A stretch of DNA of 44,932 nt, the filler included, from Sphacelaria rigidula (lineage: Eukaryota), in NCBI GenBank assembly GCA_964200075.2. It is 2 parts of 2 records of this genome, joined end to end, with 100 filler letters (N's around TTAATTAATTAA, not from the genome) between each part and the next. Parts side by side here need not be neighbours in the genome. Positions count along the whole stretch, not along the records: positions 1 to 22,419 come from CAXNAA020000335.1; positions 22,520 to 44,932 come from CAXNAA020000336.1. One strand, 5' to 3'. The notes beneath the pieces are model-generated. The model was not told the DNA's origin. It did not search any database and saw only the letters and a list, made by a program, of their open reading frames with translations. Made by a program: the position numbers and the translations under genes. Below, one piece after another: positions 10,750 through 22,688 of this stretch. The first letter of the stretch is position 1. Every line of letters starts with the position of its first letter.

Positions 10750-13330
10750 AGCAGCAAGAGATTAAGCCTCGATTTTCACGAGGCACGTACTTTTCTCGTC
10801 GGTCATCCACTAGCCGACGCCACAAGTGCCTCATGGCGGCTTCCAGTTGCGACACCTCGTGCCTCTCGCTTATTATTGATGCGAGGGTTGTGAGGGAGTC
10901 CCGTAGAAGCCATCCAGCCCGCTCGCGTATCACCTTCGCTCGGAGAGGTTGGTAACGACAGCGAATTTTGCGGCAAGAGAGGTCAAGGCCTATGCAACAG
11001 GTCCACGGGCATCATGGTAGTGTGTGTGTTTGCTTATCTCTGTGAGCTTCCCAGGCATGCTTCTTGAGTAGTGACATATTTCGACAAACTAATAATAGCA
11101 TTCAAGTTAGCATGACTGTCACGAATATGTTGACCTGCCTGTAACGCGGCAGTGACGCGCTAGGCGAGGAGTAAAGCATTGCAGGCAGATCGGTAGACAA
11201 GAGTTCACCTTTCGGACGGCGATTTCTTCAACCGCGTCAGCGAGTCCCTTCGGCTTAGCTCCGTGTTTGTCTCTGACAATGACAAAAGAACATTATCGCG
11301 GTAGAGCACATGTCAAGCCAGGGAATTGTTTGGATGGTCGCACCGTATGGCTGAGGAGGCGACGGGTCGACTGTGAATCTGCGATACACGCAGCGGTGGA
11401 GATTACACTCGATCGTGTACGCACAAAGTATGACGTTTTCTTCCCGTCAAGCCACCTGCTGCGCTTTCGATTGCGCGAGGAGGCCCGACAGGTAACCCAT
11501 CTACTTGGACGTCCTGTTCTGTTCACGAAAATATGGCAGCGGTCGACCCCCGGAAACAACACAAGTTGTAGTGAACCCCCCCTGCGCGCTCCCCGCGCCT
11601 GCCGTCATATCCACTATCGAGCAATGACCTGAGGCCCAGCAGTACCGAAAGAGAAGCAGATAAGCGCCGACGGAGATATAGCTCGTTTTCCGTCTCCATC
11701 TTGGCACGATAGCGTCCGAACAGAAGTCGGAGAGACGCGCTAAGGCGATCCTCGTCCACGAAGAGGGGATGGTCGTGAAATGCGACCCTGCGCGCGAGCC
11801 ATGGGAAAGAGTACGCCATGACGGGAGGATTGGGATGTTTCTGCACGACATTGGCATAGGGATGGCCTCGCGACGTTAAGATGTACGCAACAATATCCCC
11901 GTTTTTTTTAATTTTCATGCACAATCATGTGTATGCAACATAAGTGTTTGGCAATACAAAGAAACAAATCGGTGTTGGTCCCGCACACTTTATCATGAGC
12001 CAGCCCTCGGGTTGTGTATACGTGGGAGGGGACGACCGAACCCGCTCCTTTACCTCAAGAAGGTTCATGGAAAAACGAAAACTCAACTCGATGTGTATGC
12101 TTGCAGCTTCTGCGCCTCTGACGTTAGTACCCTGCATCTTGTAGGAATCATTCCGTGGCGGGTATGATGGGAGCAACCTTTTGCGCTCGAAAATCGCTCC
12201 GCTCTACGAAGATCATTATCAGGGCAACAGCCGTGACGATTCCCGAGCGGTACAGCGCGCAATCCCTGCCGACCCCCGCTCACCCCTATTCTCGTCTCCG
12301 AATTTGTCAAAACTCTCAACAACTCCGTTTAGAGACACCTAGTAGAACTCGCCATACCTGGGCACGATAATCCTGAGCTCTGTCCTTTCGTCCAGCCCTG
12401 CTAGTCGCGCCTCGGGCCCTATCCCTGCCATCGGCCGTCTCACAGATGCTTCGAGATGTAAAGGGGTTGGAGGTTCTTCGTCGGCTGGTGGCCGCTCAAC
12501 ACGCACGGGATGTGGTTCGAGGGGGTCCTGCGATATGATGGCCGAGGAGAATTGCAAAAGCAGCGCGAGTGTATCAAGTGAGCTGTACCCTTCTTTGAAA
12601 CCCGATGGGAAAAATACTCAGGTTGGCCCATCTCCTGACGTTTGAAAACAGTACCGGAGTGAATTGAAATGGTGTTATTATATCACTCCCATTGAAAATG
12701 CCGTGAGCATCATCACAACAAGACATCGAGATCAAATATATGAACATCACGACCGACCTGAGAAAACCTGAGAAATGAGTACTTGCCACCAGTTGTGCAT
12801 CGCATTCGGCATCCAGACTCGCCTCTAAAATGGTCGGGGCCCCGCGGGCGGAGAAGAAGTCGGCGACCTGACTCGGGCCCCTACCTTCGATGACAGTGGT
12901 GATCGGCGCGCGGCTTACGTATCGCTCTTCGACAGTGTCGTGATCTGTAACACTGGTACTCGTTTTATCTCCGGAAACGTCGCCGTCATCGCCTTCCTCC
13001 TGACCTGTGTCGGTGAACAGCAGAAGCCACAGTGCTGAACGCAGATACAAGCTCGAGAGTTTTTTTGCGGATTTAGCTATACATAACGCATCGCCCAGCT
13101 CAATCATGCAAAAAGTAGATCTTCGTGATTCTATAGTAGCATTATGCTCCAGCGGTATGGCAGTCCTTAACATGAGATTAGCTGAGGGGTGACATATGTA
13201 GCCGTCGGCTAGCGGTGCTCGACGCTGCTGGTGGTCTGCGTCGAAGGCGTGTGAGTGGCGACACGATGCCGAAGGAGTACGTGATATTGGCGGTAAGGGG
13301 CGGGAAAGTTGTCGCAGTGGGTGTGACAAG
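10750..13330 (-). pseudogene. CxC + KDZ (Kyakuja-Dileera-Zisupton) transposase remnant
   Basis: Ordered frameshifted motifs: SCRHSHAF (SWIM-like CxH, ~13245), CCDDAHGIFNGSD..FT (CxC4-like GIFN, ~12690), KVCGTNTDLFLCIAK (cf. CxxCGxxPxxhhhDG, 11947-11991), TTCVV/FPG-RP (~11540-11570), SKQFPGLTCAL (cf. PGhxxxxCxHG, ~11300-11335), LVYRSACN (cf. hYDxAC, 11178-11200) and IFV/DSH (cf. VDxFH, 11111-11128). Confidence 0.55.
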
Positions 13331-15949
13331 AGCGGTCACATAGTTGCTCTGAAGAGGCGAGAAGCGTGTCTCTACCTTACGGGACTCGAGTGCGGTTGGT
13401 TTTGAGGACCCGTCTATTGTTTTTCGCCAAGATCTGTATTCCGCCGATGCGACGGGGCGAACGAGGAAAATGTTCTCCGCATTCGCTGCTACTCCGACTG
13501 TCAAGTCCCTCATATGTTCTAGAAGAACGGATCGATCACCCACCGCTCACACTTCGCCACGCCAGTCTCTCCTCTTTCTCAGTCCTGGCAAACACAGCAT
13601 CCCTTAGCAATCTGTCCTGGTACGCCCCCCTAGTTGACGAGAGTATGACGTAAGGTGAGGGATACGGCAATGATGTATTCGTCCGGGAGCTACATCGATA
13701 AACCCGCACACGGTCGTAATACGCACTTGAGATACCTCTGATTTTGGGGGAAAGTGCGACAGAGCTGGCAGTCACGATACGACAGTGCACGATACCCGGG
13801 AAGGGCAAACATGAAACCGCCACGGCAGCAGTATAGATTTTTGGAGTAAGATTCGTACTCTGGTGGAACATCCTTCGTCCTAATGGACCGAGCTGTCCGT
13901 CGTCTCTCGGAGTCCCGTTCGCTTCAAGCATACGACTATACCAATTTCGAGTCTCGGAAAAGAAAAGAAAACGAGGCACCCTGGTGATGTAATAGTACAA
14001 CTGACATCATTGGGCCGGGAAAAAAGCGGGTCGAATTCCGGTCGGATGCGTCCAGTTTCGTTTTCCTCAGAAAAGTACCCGAAATCCATGGTTGAAAACG
14101 TGAGGGTGTGGGAAGAAAAATGAGTCTCTTTCGACTGAGTTTGTTGGACAGTAATCGACGCGGTCCGGGGGTAGTGCCGATCCAATCTCGATACAAAAAT
14201 ATAAGGCGCGTACCGGGGAGAGATGGTATGATCTGTTGAGACCGCAGACTCGTCCCGAAGAAGAGGAAGAGGGAGGAGAGAGAATAGAAGAGGAAAAAAA
14301 GAACTGAATACTTGTGAATTTCCCGCAATAACAGACTGGGAAACTTGATGCGATCGGACTTCACTTGGCTCTAATTGGCACTTGGCGAGTGTTTTGTTGT
14401 TGCTTCTCAGCGCCGAGAGCTGAACAAAAGAACATATAACAGGCGATACGTCAGCCCGGCAAGGGTCACTCCGCGGTTACCACAAGAAAACTTCATCAAC
14501 CCGTATCATGGTTGTATTTCCCAGTCCAGGTGAAGCGGTGCGACTGGGAGAAGCAAACCTTTTTAACAGCTGTGGTGCTGCCTTGGGCAGGCGTTTGACA
14601 GCGAGGCCCTCTTCGCCCTTCCGCAGGCGCTTGCGTTCATCGTCGTCCCTGGCAGCCACCCAGCTTTTGCGTACCATCTTCGCGAGAGGGCACGGTAAAA
14701 ATGAGGTTGGGGTGTGCCATGCGAATCGAAAAAATACTAGCTCGCACTGCAGAAAGCTAAATTGTTGCTCGGCGGCCAGTGTACGAATTTCAACGACGTT
14801 CTCGTCCAGAAGTATAGGACTTCGACGCTTCATTTGATAATGTTCTCGACCGGGCATGCCGGTAGGGTAGAAAAACTCGTCTTCAATTGAGTGTCAAAAT
14901 AGACGTTACCCACGCGTGTACTCTTACGTTGAAACGAGGCGAAGCCGAGTGATGATCATGATAAAATGTACCGCGTGAGTTCGATTCGTCTGTGTGACGA
15001 TTTCATTGCGGCATGCGGCAAATACCACCCGTGTCCGACGCATGAAAATTCACTCATTTCCACGCATGCTCCAGGCATCTTCATTACGTCGAGATAGATG
15101 AGCATGAACCCCAGCAGCTTAAATAAAACCCGCGTACCGCCCCAACTTATCGATGTACACACCTCGGTTCCACTGGGACGCCGCTCCTTCCCCGTCTCGC
15201 CCCCGCTCCCTGCCGGCCCTATTCCTGTGCTGGCTTTCCAGCCTCCTAACAAAACCGGTGAGGGCTCGACCCCGTCCGGGTCTAAGTTAGCACCACTCTC
15301 AGCACCTGCTGCCGCCTCACCGTGACTTCCGTCAGTCGCGTGAGGAGCCTTCGACTTGGCTGATGCTATCCCGGGCTGTCGCTCAGGCGCCGATAGTACT
15401 ACCCGCAGGCCATCCTTGCCGCCCGCGCCGAAGCGGTAGTCATAGTCGTCGTCATCGTCGTGTTCGTCAAAGAGAGGGCGCTCTCCTGACGCGGCTGCTG
15501 CCCCAAGCTGAGGCAGTTCCACACAGCAGCTGAACGTTTTCAATCCTGGGGGGTTGACTTGTATTGGGGAATCAGATGAACACACCTACACTTGCCCATT
15601 TATCTACCCACAAACCCATTCTGCCCACCCCTTCACCCTTTTCATACCCTTGAAGAATTCTACAGCTAAAAAGTATGTATACATACTCCCTCTTCCTTAA
15701 CCGTGGCAATGCAACGGCCGGCAGAAACTGTCGCTAGTTTTGGCGCGCAACACCCTCTCACACTAGTGAAGGCGTGCCTCGGATATTCGGTGTGTGTCAA
15801 GCCGTTATCAAGAAAATGGAACCCTCTCAACCAGGCTGTGGAGGCGTTTGCAAAACGCGACGTCTGAACTACCGTATATTATGGGGCCGAGGTTAGAGCT
15901 CCCTCAAAACCTCAGTCAAAAACTCATCTCTTCGCAAAAATAATGTTCC

Positions 15950-16630
15950 GTTTCTCTATAGCACTAAACTTCGTGGTGAGTTGTGAACGTACCTTGGGCA
16001 ATACTCCCAGCTGTGATTGTCGTCTAGCAAGCATGAGGTCCGTCTCTTGTTTTCTTTGTTTCCTCTGCTGCTGTAACAGCGCTCGCTTCTTAGCCAGGCT
16101 TGCCTGCGATGATATGATCGAGAAGCGCGGACGATTTCGTCCTCAATGTGGTATAGCAAGCAGAAGTTCATTCCTCTCGTGCCTCTCTCGCTGAGTTCGA
16201 TCATTCAGCACCATCACGAATACATGTGTAGATTTCAAGCAGCATGTTCCGCACCTTGACATGCGTATTCTACGCCACTCCGTCATTTATCTCGTTTTTA
16301 GCGGTCATTCTACTCGAGGCTTCAGCCAAATGAATATTGCGTACCTTCACGTCTTCTATATCCTTATTCATAGCGACAGCGGCATCTTCACCGGCATTTT
16401 GATCCGCATTCTGCTGCGTTAGCGATACCTGCCGTGGCGGCGGCCCCGCCATGGGGGTTTCTGGCATTGCCGTGGCTGCAGCTGCAGGGTTTCACGGTCA
16501 TGGGCGTGGCGGACGGCGTATTAAAGGGAACTTTCTGTACGCTGTAAATGTCGCTCCACAACACGAGTATTTCATGTTTTGTACGAGATTTTGGTGTCAG
16601 ATACTTCTGGACAGTTCTCGGAGTCAAGCG
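15950..16630 (-). pseudogene. Decayed coding remnant with coiled-coil-like character, unassigned
   Basis: Broken minus-strand peptides: QQNADQNAGEDAAVAMNKDIEDVKVRNIHLAEASSR and LLQQQRKQRKQETDLMLARRQ. Confidence 0.25.
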
Positions 16631-17436
16631 GCCATGTTAGGTCATCGCAAGAATATATGCCCGTACCTTCAGCCTTAGAACTAGGATTATGCATCCAGAA
16701 CAATACGTATTGGTTGATACATCAACAGCTCACTAGAACACTCTCACGGTAAAATGATGAAGGGTCGTCGAAAACGTGCCTCTCCTAAATCTCATGCACC
16801 TGGCCGGTAGGGCTGTCTGTGCGCCGCAAGGCTGGACTAGCCGAGATACGTTTTGTTTGATAGATTCAGAGAAGAACAAGACAAGACACGGCTCGCGCCA
16901 GCCAGTGGTTCCCGGCTCAAGATGTCGAGGATGACAGGAGTACACTGCTTGTTTTGTATGATCACGAGATCCAATAAATTCACACAAAACGGACGCTCTC
17001 GGGATGATCCGTCTTACGTCGCTGTCGGGACGGGCATACCAAACCACAAAAATCTCTCGACCGATTGTGCATAGTGCGGCGTCGCTGTCTGGTCCGTACA
17101 TACATGTGTGGCATCCCTTCCACATGGCCTCCCCCTGTATGCACCGCGAGGCCATTCAGGCAAGGCATGAGGATGAGGGGTTTGAGGCAATCAATCAGTC
17201 AATCATTGATACTTTCCAGGAGAGGCACTTCCTCCAGTGGGAGCTGCGACCGTACGGGGAGCGAACGATATTTCCGTAGGATCTACTCATGAAGGTGTGT
17301 ACGGTCTTGACATGAGCACCCTCCACACGGTAAAGTTTGTCTTTACTCGGTCTATCAGTTCACGCTTTCCCCCCTGTTATTTTCTCTTTTTATTTGCAAG
17401 GATGTGGCGACTCGAAAGAGCCGCCAATTCATAAAT

Positions 17437-18056
17437 TGGCAATCTACAAAAAAGGGTGCACCCTGGTATGCTACAAAAAATGATGCAAAAATGAAAACAA
17501 ATGGACGGGTATGTGTCGACAAGATGTTCACTCATGTTCATTGGATCTTTGTGAGCTCCGGCACGCAAGCGACCTGTATCCATCGTTGGATCTTCCGGGT
17601 CTTCGGGCCAATCAACAGGGGTGATACACTCTTCTACTCGTTGGGTTCGGCCTTGTTTGGTGGGGTGTAATTTTACCGAAAATGGCTATGGTTGTGACTG
17701 CTCGGCGTATCTTGTGCTGAGACGGCGGTACGGTCGCCACTTCACAAAAAGGGGTCACCACTTCACAAAAAAGGGTCAACAGTGAAAAAAGAGGGTAAGA
17801 GGAATTTTTTTTAGCAGAGGGCGGGGTGTACCCTCCTGGTTTGCTTGCAAAAAAGGCTACTCTCACAGGCTCTTATTTTCGGCGCCGTAGTTCGGCCCAG
17901 TAACACTTGTGAAAATGGAAACAAATGGATGCGTATGCTGCCCAGACACCTTGGGCGTGGGGCCGAGGTGCTGGAACTTGTTTTCGAGGTGTTTAGCCCG
18001 CGTGCAGCGCCGCGCCCCGAAGCGAAAAATGCGTTACCCTTTTTTGTAGATTGCCC
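17437..18056. mobile_element. Mutator-like MITE (620 bp)
   Basis: Perfect 20-bp TIR GGCAATCTACAAAAAAGGGT (17438-17457 / 18036-18055). The 9-bp flanks ttcataaat (17428-17436) and ttaataaat (18057-18065) match at 8/9, consistent with a TSD. Confidence 0.85.
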
Positions 18057-18065
18057 TTAATAAAT

Positions 18066-19830
18066 CCTTGATGAGGCAATCGTCCGTGCTTAGATGAGAG
18101 TTTGGCGATTCGTGGGAGCCATCATCAAAGAAATCTCGTGTGAGACGACTGCCTTCGACATTAGTAACAGAACGGTGGAGATGGTGTTTATGTTTGCCCA
18201 AACATTATGTGGGAACTATTCTAACACCTTGAATGTATCCCCTTCACCGGCGGTATGACCCAATCTTCCGCTGAAGTACATCTCCAAAGTGTGTCTAATA
18301 TCCTTTCCATGTTGGGGCATGAGCCAATTCCCGGAGTGGTAAGCCCAGGATTATTCTCAAGCGCATTTCGCTCCGTGTGCAGCCGAATCCAAGGTAGGAC
18401 TACAATTGAACGCTCGACGTTTCATCCAGTTGACCGAGCCCCTCGTTATCTATCACTGTTACGGGTGGAAGGTTGATCTGACAGAGGTGTTTCTGTCAGT
18501 CCGTTAGCCGCCCGGGGCGCATCAATGAGGCGTTGACATTGTGAGATTTTTCTTCGCCTCGGTAGGTGAGATCATCCGCGAGGCCGCATCCTTCAAATCG
18601 CAAAGATATTTAAAGGTTGTCGAGCTTTTCCTCCTGGAGCGGCGTTTTTGCCCCCCCGCCTTGTCAACTACGTGCCGTTCTATTTGGAGGGATGTCGCAC
18701 CGGAACAAACACGTCGGTTGAGAGCAGATTTCTGCCTAGAAACAACTCAGCTAATTTATCAAAGTCAGGTACTATAGGATTTGCTCGACGGTAATCTTTC
18801 TCCAAGTGAGCGAGGTGGGCAGGCGTTTCCTTAGTATTGCTGTCTATCTGGACTCGATAAACTGCTGGTGATCCCTTCGAAAGACTTGTGTACGGTCCTC
18901 CCCACGGTAGTTGGAGCTTTCGATTCGGGCCCTCAGTATGTTGGTATGGTCTGTACAGTGAGTGGTACGCTTTCACCAGGTTTGGACACGGGGTAAAACT
19001 TCATTTTGTAATTGGCTCCCCACGGTAGTTGGAGCTTTTGATTCCTGCCCTCAGGAGTATCTTGGTATGATCTGTACAGTAGTACGCTTTAACCAGGTCG
19101 GTTTTGACTCGGGGCAAAACTTCCTTTTTTAATTGTCTGCCCTCTTGCTTTCGTGCACGGTCTTGCTGGTTGCGCCTGGCAAGGTCAAATGCCAATTGCA
19201 AACTGCCCTGTATTTCCTTCGTGAATCCAGAAGTTATCGCTGCTCGCCTTCCATTGGGACCACCAAGAATGATGACTACTGGAAATCTGGGCTTACGCCC
19301 GAATATGAAACTAAAATGCATTAAGTTTCTAACGTTTGTGGCGTAAGGATGATCTTACATATTATTATCCAAAACCGTAGATTTCCGGAAAGCAATTGCG
19401 ATGGGCATTTCTTCCAACAATAAATCAACGAAGTCCACTGTCGATAGCCATTGCCGCCGGCAATGGATACAAACCGTGGACTATCAATGTTCATCCCAAC
19501 CGACAATAAAGAAGGTATACTCGAACATGGGGTTCAGTATCGCGGTGAAGTTGAACCTGCTTTTGAAAGTTCCCCAATTTCGTTTGAACAGTTGAGACAG
19601 CGAGCAACAATAGTTATTCGTGATATCAGGAACGGATTGTGACACAAGGAATAGGAGATAAGTCGGAAATTTGCATATGGCCATAATTATGGCCAATTAT
19701 TTTTAGGGCAATTGCTCTGAGTCGACCAAGACCTTCGTTGAAGTCGTTGGTATTTTTCACTTCAAGCTTGCGGACAGACGAGGGAGAGATGACTTTTCAA
19801 AGGCGAATGGGTTCACCGGCGGTGCCAAAT
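18066..19830 (-). mobile_element. Second degenerate chromodomain-bearing Gypsy remnant
   Basis: Integrase tail FIFGRKPRFP (ORF 19001-19321), GPY/F motif KLQLPWGGPY..SPAVYRV (ORF 18680-18976) and chromo-like IERHVVDK..FKYL/RFEGCGLADDLTYR. A PBS-like TGGCACCGCCGG lies on the minus strand at 19816-19827. No LTR pair was identified. Confidence 0.8.
18897..19136. repeat. ~118-bp tandem duplication inside the integrase remnant
   Basis: cccacggtagttggagcttt...ctgtacagt...accagg...aaaacttc...taattg occurs at ~18900-19014 and again at ~19018-19136. Confidence 0.85.
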
Positions 19831-20330
19831 CGATAGAGAGAGTAGGTGAAATTGTCTCTATTTTTGTCCTTTACACTAGAGGCCTCGGTGTGCTGTCATC
19901 AGTCAGTATTGGGGCGCGGGACACAAAGAGCGACTTCGCAAAACAAGGAATACGCACCTAAATATCCACTGCAGCCCGGGGTCGCTAGTCTGAGCTCACA
20001 GCATCTGTCTATGATCCCCGCCGTTTACGGTTTGTCGACACCACTGGCCTGCAGCCACACATGGGGAAACACACCCTACGTCGTGCTCGGTACGTGCACA
20101 CCACACGCTCGTCTAACCTATAGTCGTACTGTCTTGTACGCTTGCAGTATACTTTTTACTGTACTGTACTCTACTGTACTGACCTTGCGAATTCTTGATT
20201 TCCTATTCAGTCTTTATAATATACCTACTTTAGGTTTGTATCGGTTTCCGAAGTGATGACTCCGATCTGAAAATTTAAACAGACCAATGAATCTCGAAAT
20301 CGATTCAAAGAAACGATAATTGAACTTTTC

Positions 20331-21526
20331 CAAGGGTAGGTTGAGTAGAGTATGTACTTTTGAGTACTCGAGTAAAATACTCAAGTATTTACTCTACNNN
20401 NNNNNNNCTACTCGACGTTTGAGTAGGTCGAGTACGGCCTCCAACACTCTACTCAAATATTGAGTAAGCACTCTCAGTAATACTTGAGTATTCAGTATCA
20501 CTTGAGTATGAACTCAATACTCTACTCAGGTTTTGAGCAGGTCGCGTATGACCTCAAATGCTCCAACTCAAATATTGAGTGAGCACTCTCAGTAATACTT
20601 GAGTGTAGAGTATCACTCGAGTATGACCTCAACACCCGACTCAAATTTCGAGTACATCGAGTATGACCTCAAATACTCTACTCAAATATTGAGTAAGCAC
20701 TCTTAGTAATACTTGAGTATAGAGTACCCCTTGGATATGGGGAGTATCCCCGACAGTCGGCGACTTCGTGACGTGACTTCACAGACTATGTTGAATACAT
20801 GGGCGAACGATGGCCATCAATTAGATAGGCGGCGTTACATCACAGCCAACAAGGAGTATGAGCGAATGATGGCCGTGAAAAAAATTAAAAAGCGTGCTGG
20901 GCCCTTTGACAATACTCCAACATTCATTCTAGCCTAGTTTTGTACCACTTGGTTCTGATCCGAATGTTTGCTGAAGTTTGACCTTGAATCAACACATCAT
21001 GGGTGAGCAACTCTGGGAATACCTCGGTATTTCCTCTACCCGAGTTTGAGTATCTTGCGTACGAACTTGAATATTGAAGTTGAAGGTATAGGCTTTCGGT
21101 ACATCGGATCCGGCCTCAGATACTCTACTCAAATTTTGAGTAGGTCGAGTACGGCCTCCAATACTCTACTCAAATTTTGAGTACGTTGAGTACGACCTCA
21201 AATACTCTGCTCCAATTTTGAGTACGTTGAACACGGCCTCAAACACTCTACACAACTTTTGAGTAGGTCGAGTACGACCTCAAATACTCTACTCGAATAT
21301 AGATCAAGCACTCTCAGTAAAACTTGAGTATAGAGTATCACTGAAGTATGGCCTCAATACTCTACTCAATTTTTGAGTAGACTGAGTATGATCTCAAATA
21401 GTCTACTCGAACAATTGAGTAGGTTGAGTACGACCTCAAACCCTCTACTCAAACTTCGAGTACTAAAAGTATGACTATTGAAAAATACCGAGTAGTATTG
21501 AGTATACTCTACTCGACCTACCCTTG
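20331..21526. mobile_element. hAT-like non-autonomous DNA transposon with internal ~41-bp palindromic tandem repeats
   Basis: TIR CAAGGGTAGGTYGAGTAGAGTAT (22/23 match). Perfect 8-bp TSD aacttttc (20323-20330 and 21527-21534). Units such as tactctactcaaattttgagtaggtcgagtacggcctccaa. Contains a 10-N gap at 20398-20407. Confidence 0.88.
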
Positions 21527-21793
21527 AACTTTTCAGTCCAGACGATTGATGTAGGAACTGAACCAGCTACTTTCGCCGGTAACTGAAAATACACGAGGGA
21601 AAAAACAATCTCTCAGAGTAGACTGATAGTCAAATAATACCGGAAATAATCCAGGTCTTCTCCGTTTGATATCGGCAAACCATGAGTAATGTCGTGTGAA
21701 AAGCTCTACCTCAAAGAATCGAATCGACACATTGAAGCTCTTTTCGGAATATCTACGAGCTGGGCCAGCCGAGCAGCGATTCTGCAATTTGCA

Positions 21794-22069
21794 GGCCCAT
21801 TATAAGGCCAATACTTGGAGTTGGACCCTGAAATTTGGCATGGACAATGAGTAGAGCATAATAAAAAAAAATACTGGCGTACACAAGGAATTTTTTTTTC
21901 CATGGGTTAGGGGCATTTTACCGATATCTGAAAAATTATTGCCCTTAACTCATGAAAAAATAAAGAATAAAAACCCTCGTGTACGCCAGTAATTTTTTTC
22001 ATCATGCCCTACTCATTGTCCATACCAAATTTCAGGGTCCAACTCCAAGTATTGGCCGTATAATGGGCC
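21794..22069. repeat. Inverted repeat / MITE-like hairpin (~276 bp)
   Basis: ggcccattataaggccaatacttggagttggaccctgaaatttgg pairs with ccaaatttcagggtccaactccaagtattggccgtataatgggcc. Confidence 0.85.
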
Positions 22070-22419
22070 GTTTAGTGACAGGGCCAGAAGAAACTCGGAA
22101 CAGTATTTTGCAGGCCATTTACTGGCCCACGTTTGGTGTTTGTGTATTGAAATATTGTGTGTGCGCTCTCTAGGGCATAATTAACGAAAGAAAGTGGTTC
22201 AGGTTAATTTTTTTCAATTTTTCCCAGTGGTTCAGGGCGTTCTACTAAGGTAAAGACCATATTTCACGAGAACGCCCTAACCTGGAAAAAAAAAGATGGA
22301 AGGCCCATTTTTTTTTTTATCCGGAACTCTTTTGTGGTTCTCCACACCAAAATTCGTCGCCATCCGCCAAATGCATTGATCGGGAGTTTCATAGAGATTT
22401 TAGTATTGGCGTTATTTCC

Positions 22420-22519
22420 NNNNNNNNNNNNNNNNNNNNNNNNNNNNNNNNNNNNNNNNNNNNTTAATTAATTAANNNNNNNNNNNNNNNNNNNNNNNNN
22501 NNNNNNNNNNNNNNNNNNN
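22420..22519. other. Artificial scaffold-joining linker (44 N + TTAATTAATTAA + 44 N)
   Basis: Exactly 100 bp and symmetric. The central 12-mer gives a stop codon in all six frames, a standard contig-concatenation spacer. Confidence 0.95.
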
Positions 22520-22657
22520 CCTCGGCTGATGCGCCCACATATCCCGAAAGGGGTAGACTGGCGCGCAGAATAAATGGGACGACAACACACAACACAATCA
22601 TTTATAGACGTGTTCACCATTATTATTACCTGTCATTGTGTTCGACAATATATAAAC

Positions 22658-22688
<31 letters not shown>

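Larger units (their letters stand above)
8650..15600 (-). mobile_element. Putative Zisupton/KDZ-type DNA transposon relic; boundaries approximate
   Basis: A run of broken minus-strand ORFs (14956-15585, 14477-14857, 13536-14000, 13178-13543, 12574-13329, 11523-11924 and others) contains the KDZ motifs upstream of the Ulp1 motifs. No TIR or TSD was identified. Confidence 0.45.

Noticed and set aside
16850-17375. 3' LTR of the second Gypsy after a PPT-like tract (~17365-17375, minus)
   Set aside because: No similarity seen to the sequence next to the PBS (19830-20100), so an LTR pair cannot be supported.
20400-21460. CRISPR-like array of palindromic repeats
   Set aside because: The units are contiguous and degenerate with no unique spacers and no cas genes. 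The array is bounded by transposon TIRs and an 8-bp TSD in eukaryotic DNA.
22464-22475. TTAATTAATTAA as a biological site
   Set aside because: It is centred in a symmetric 100-bp N spacer and is an assembly linker.
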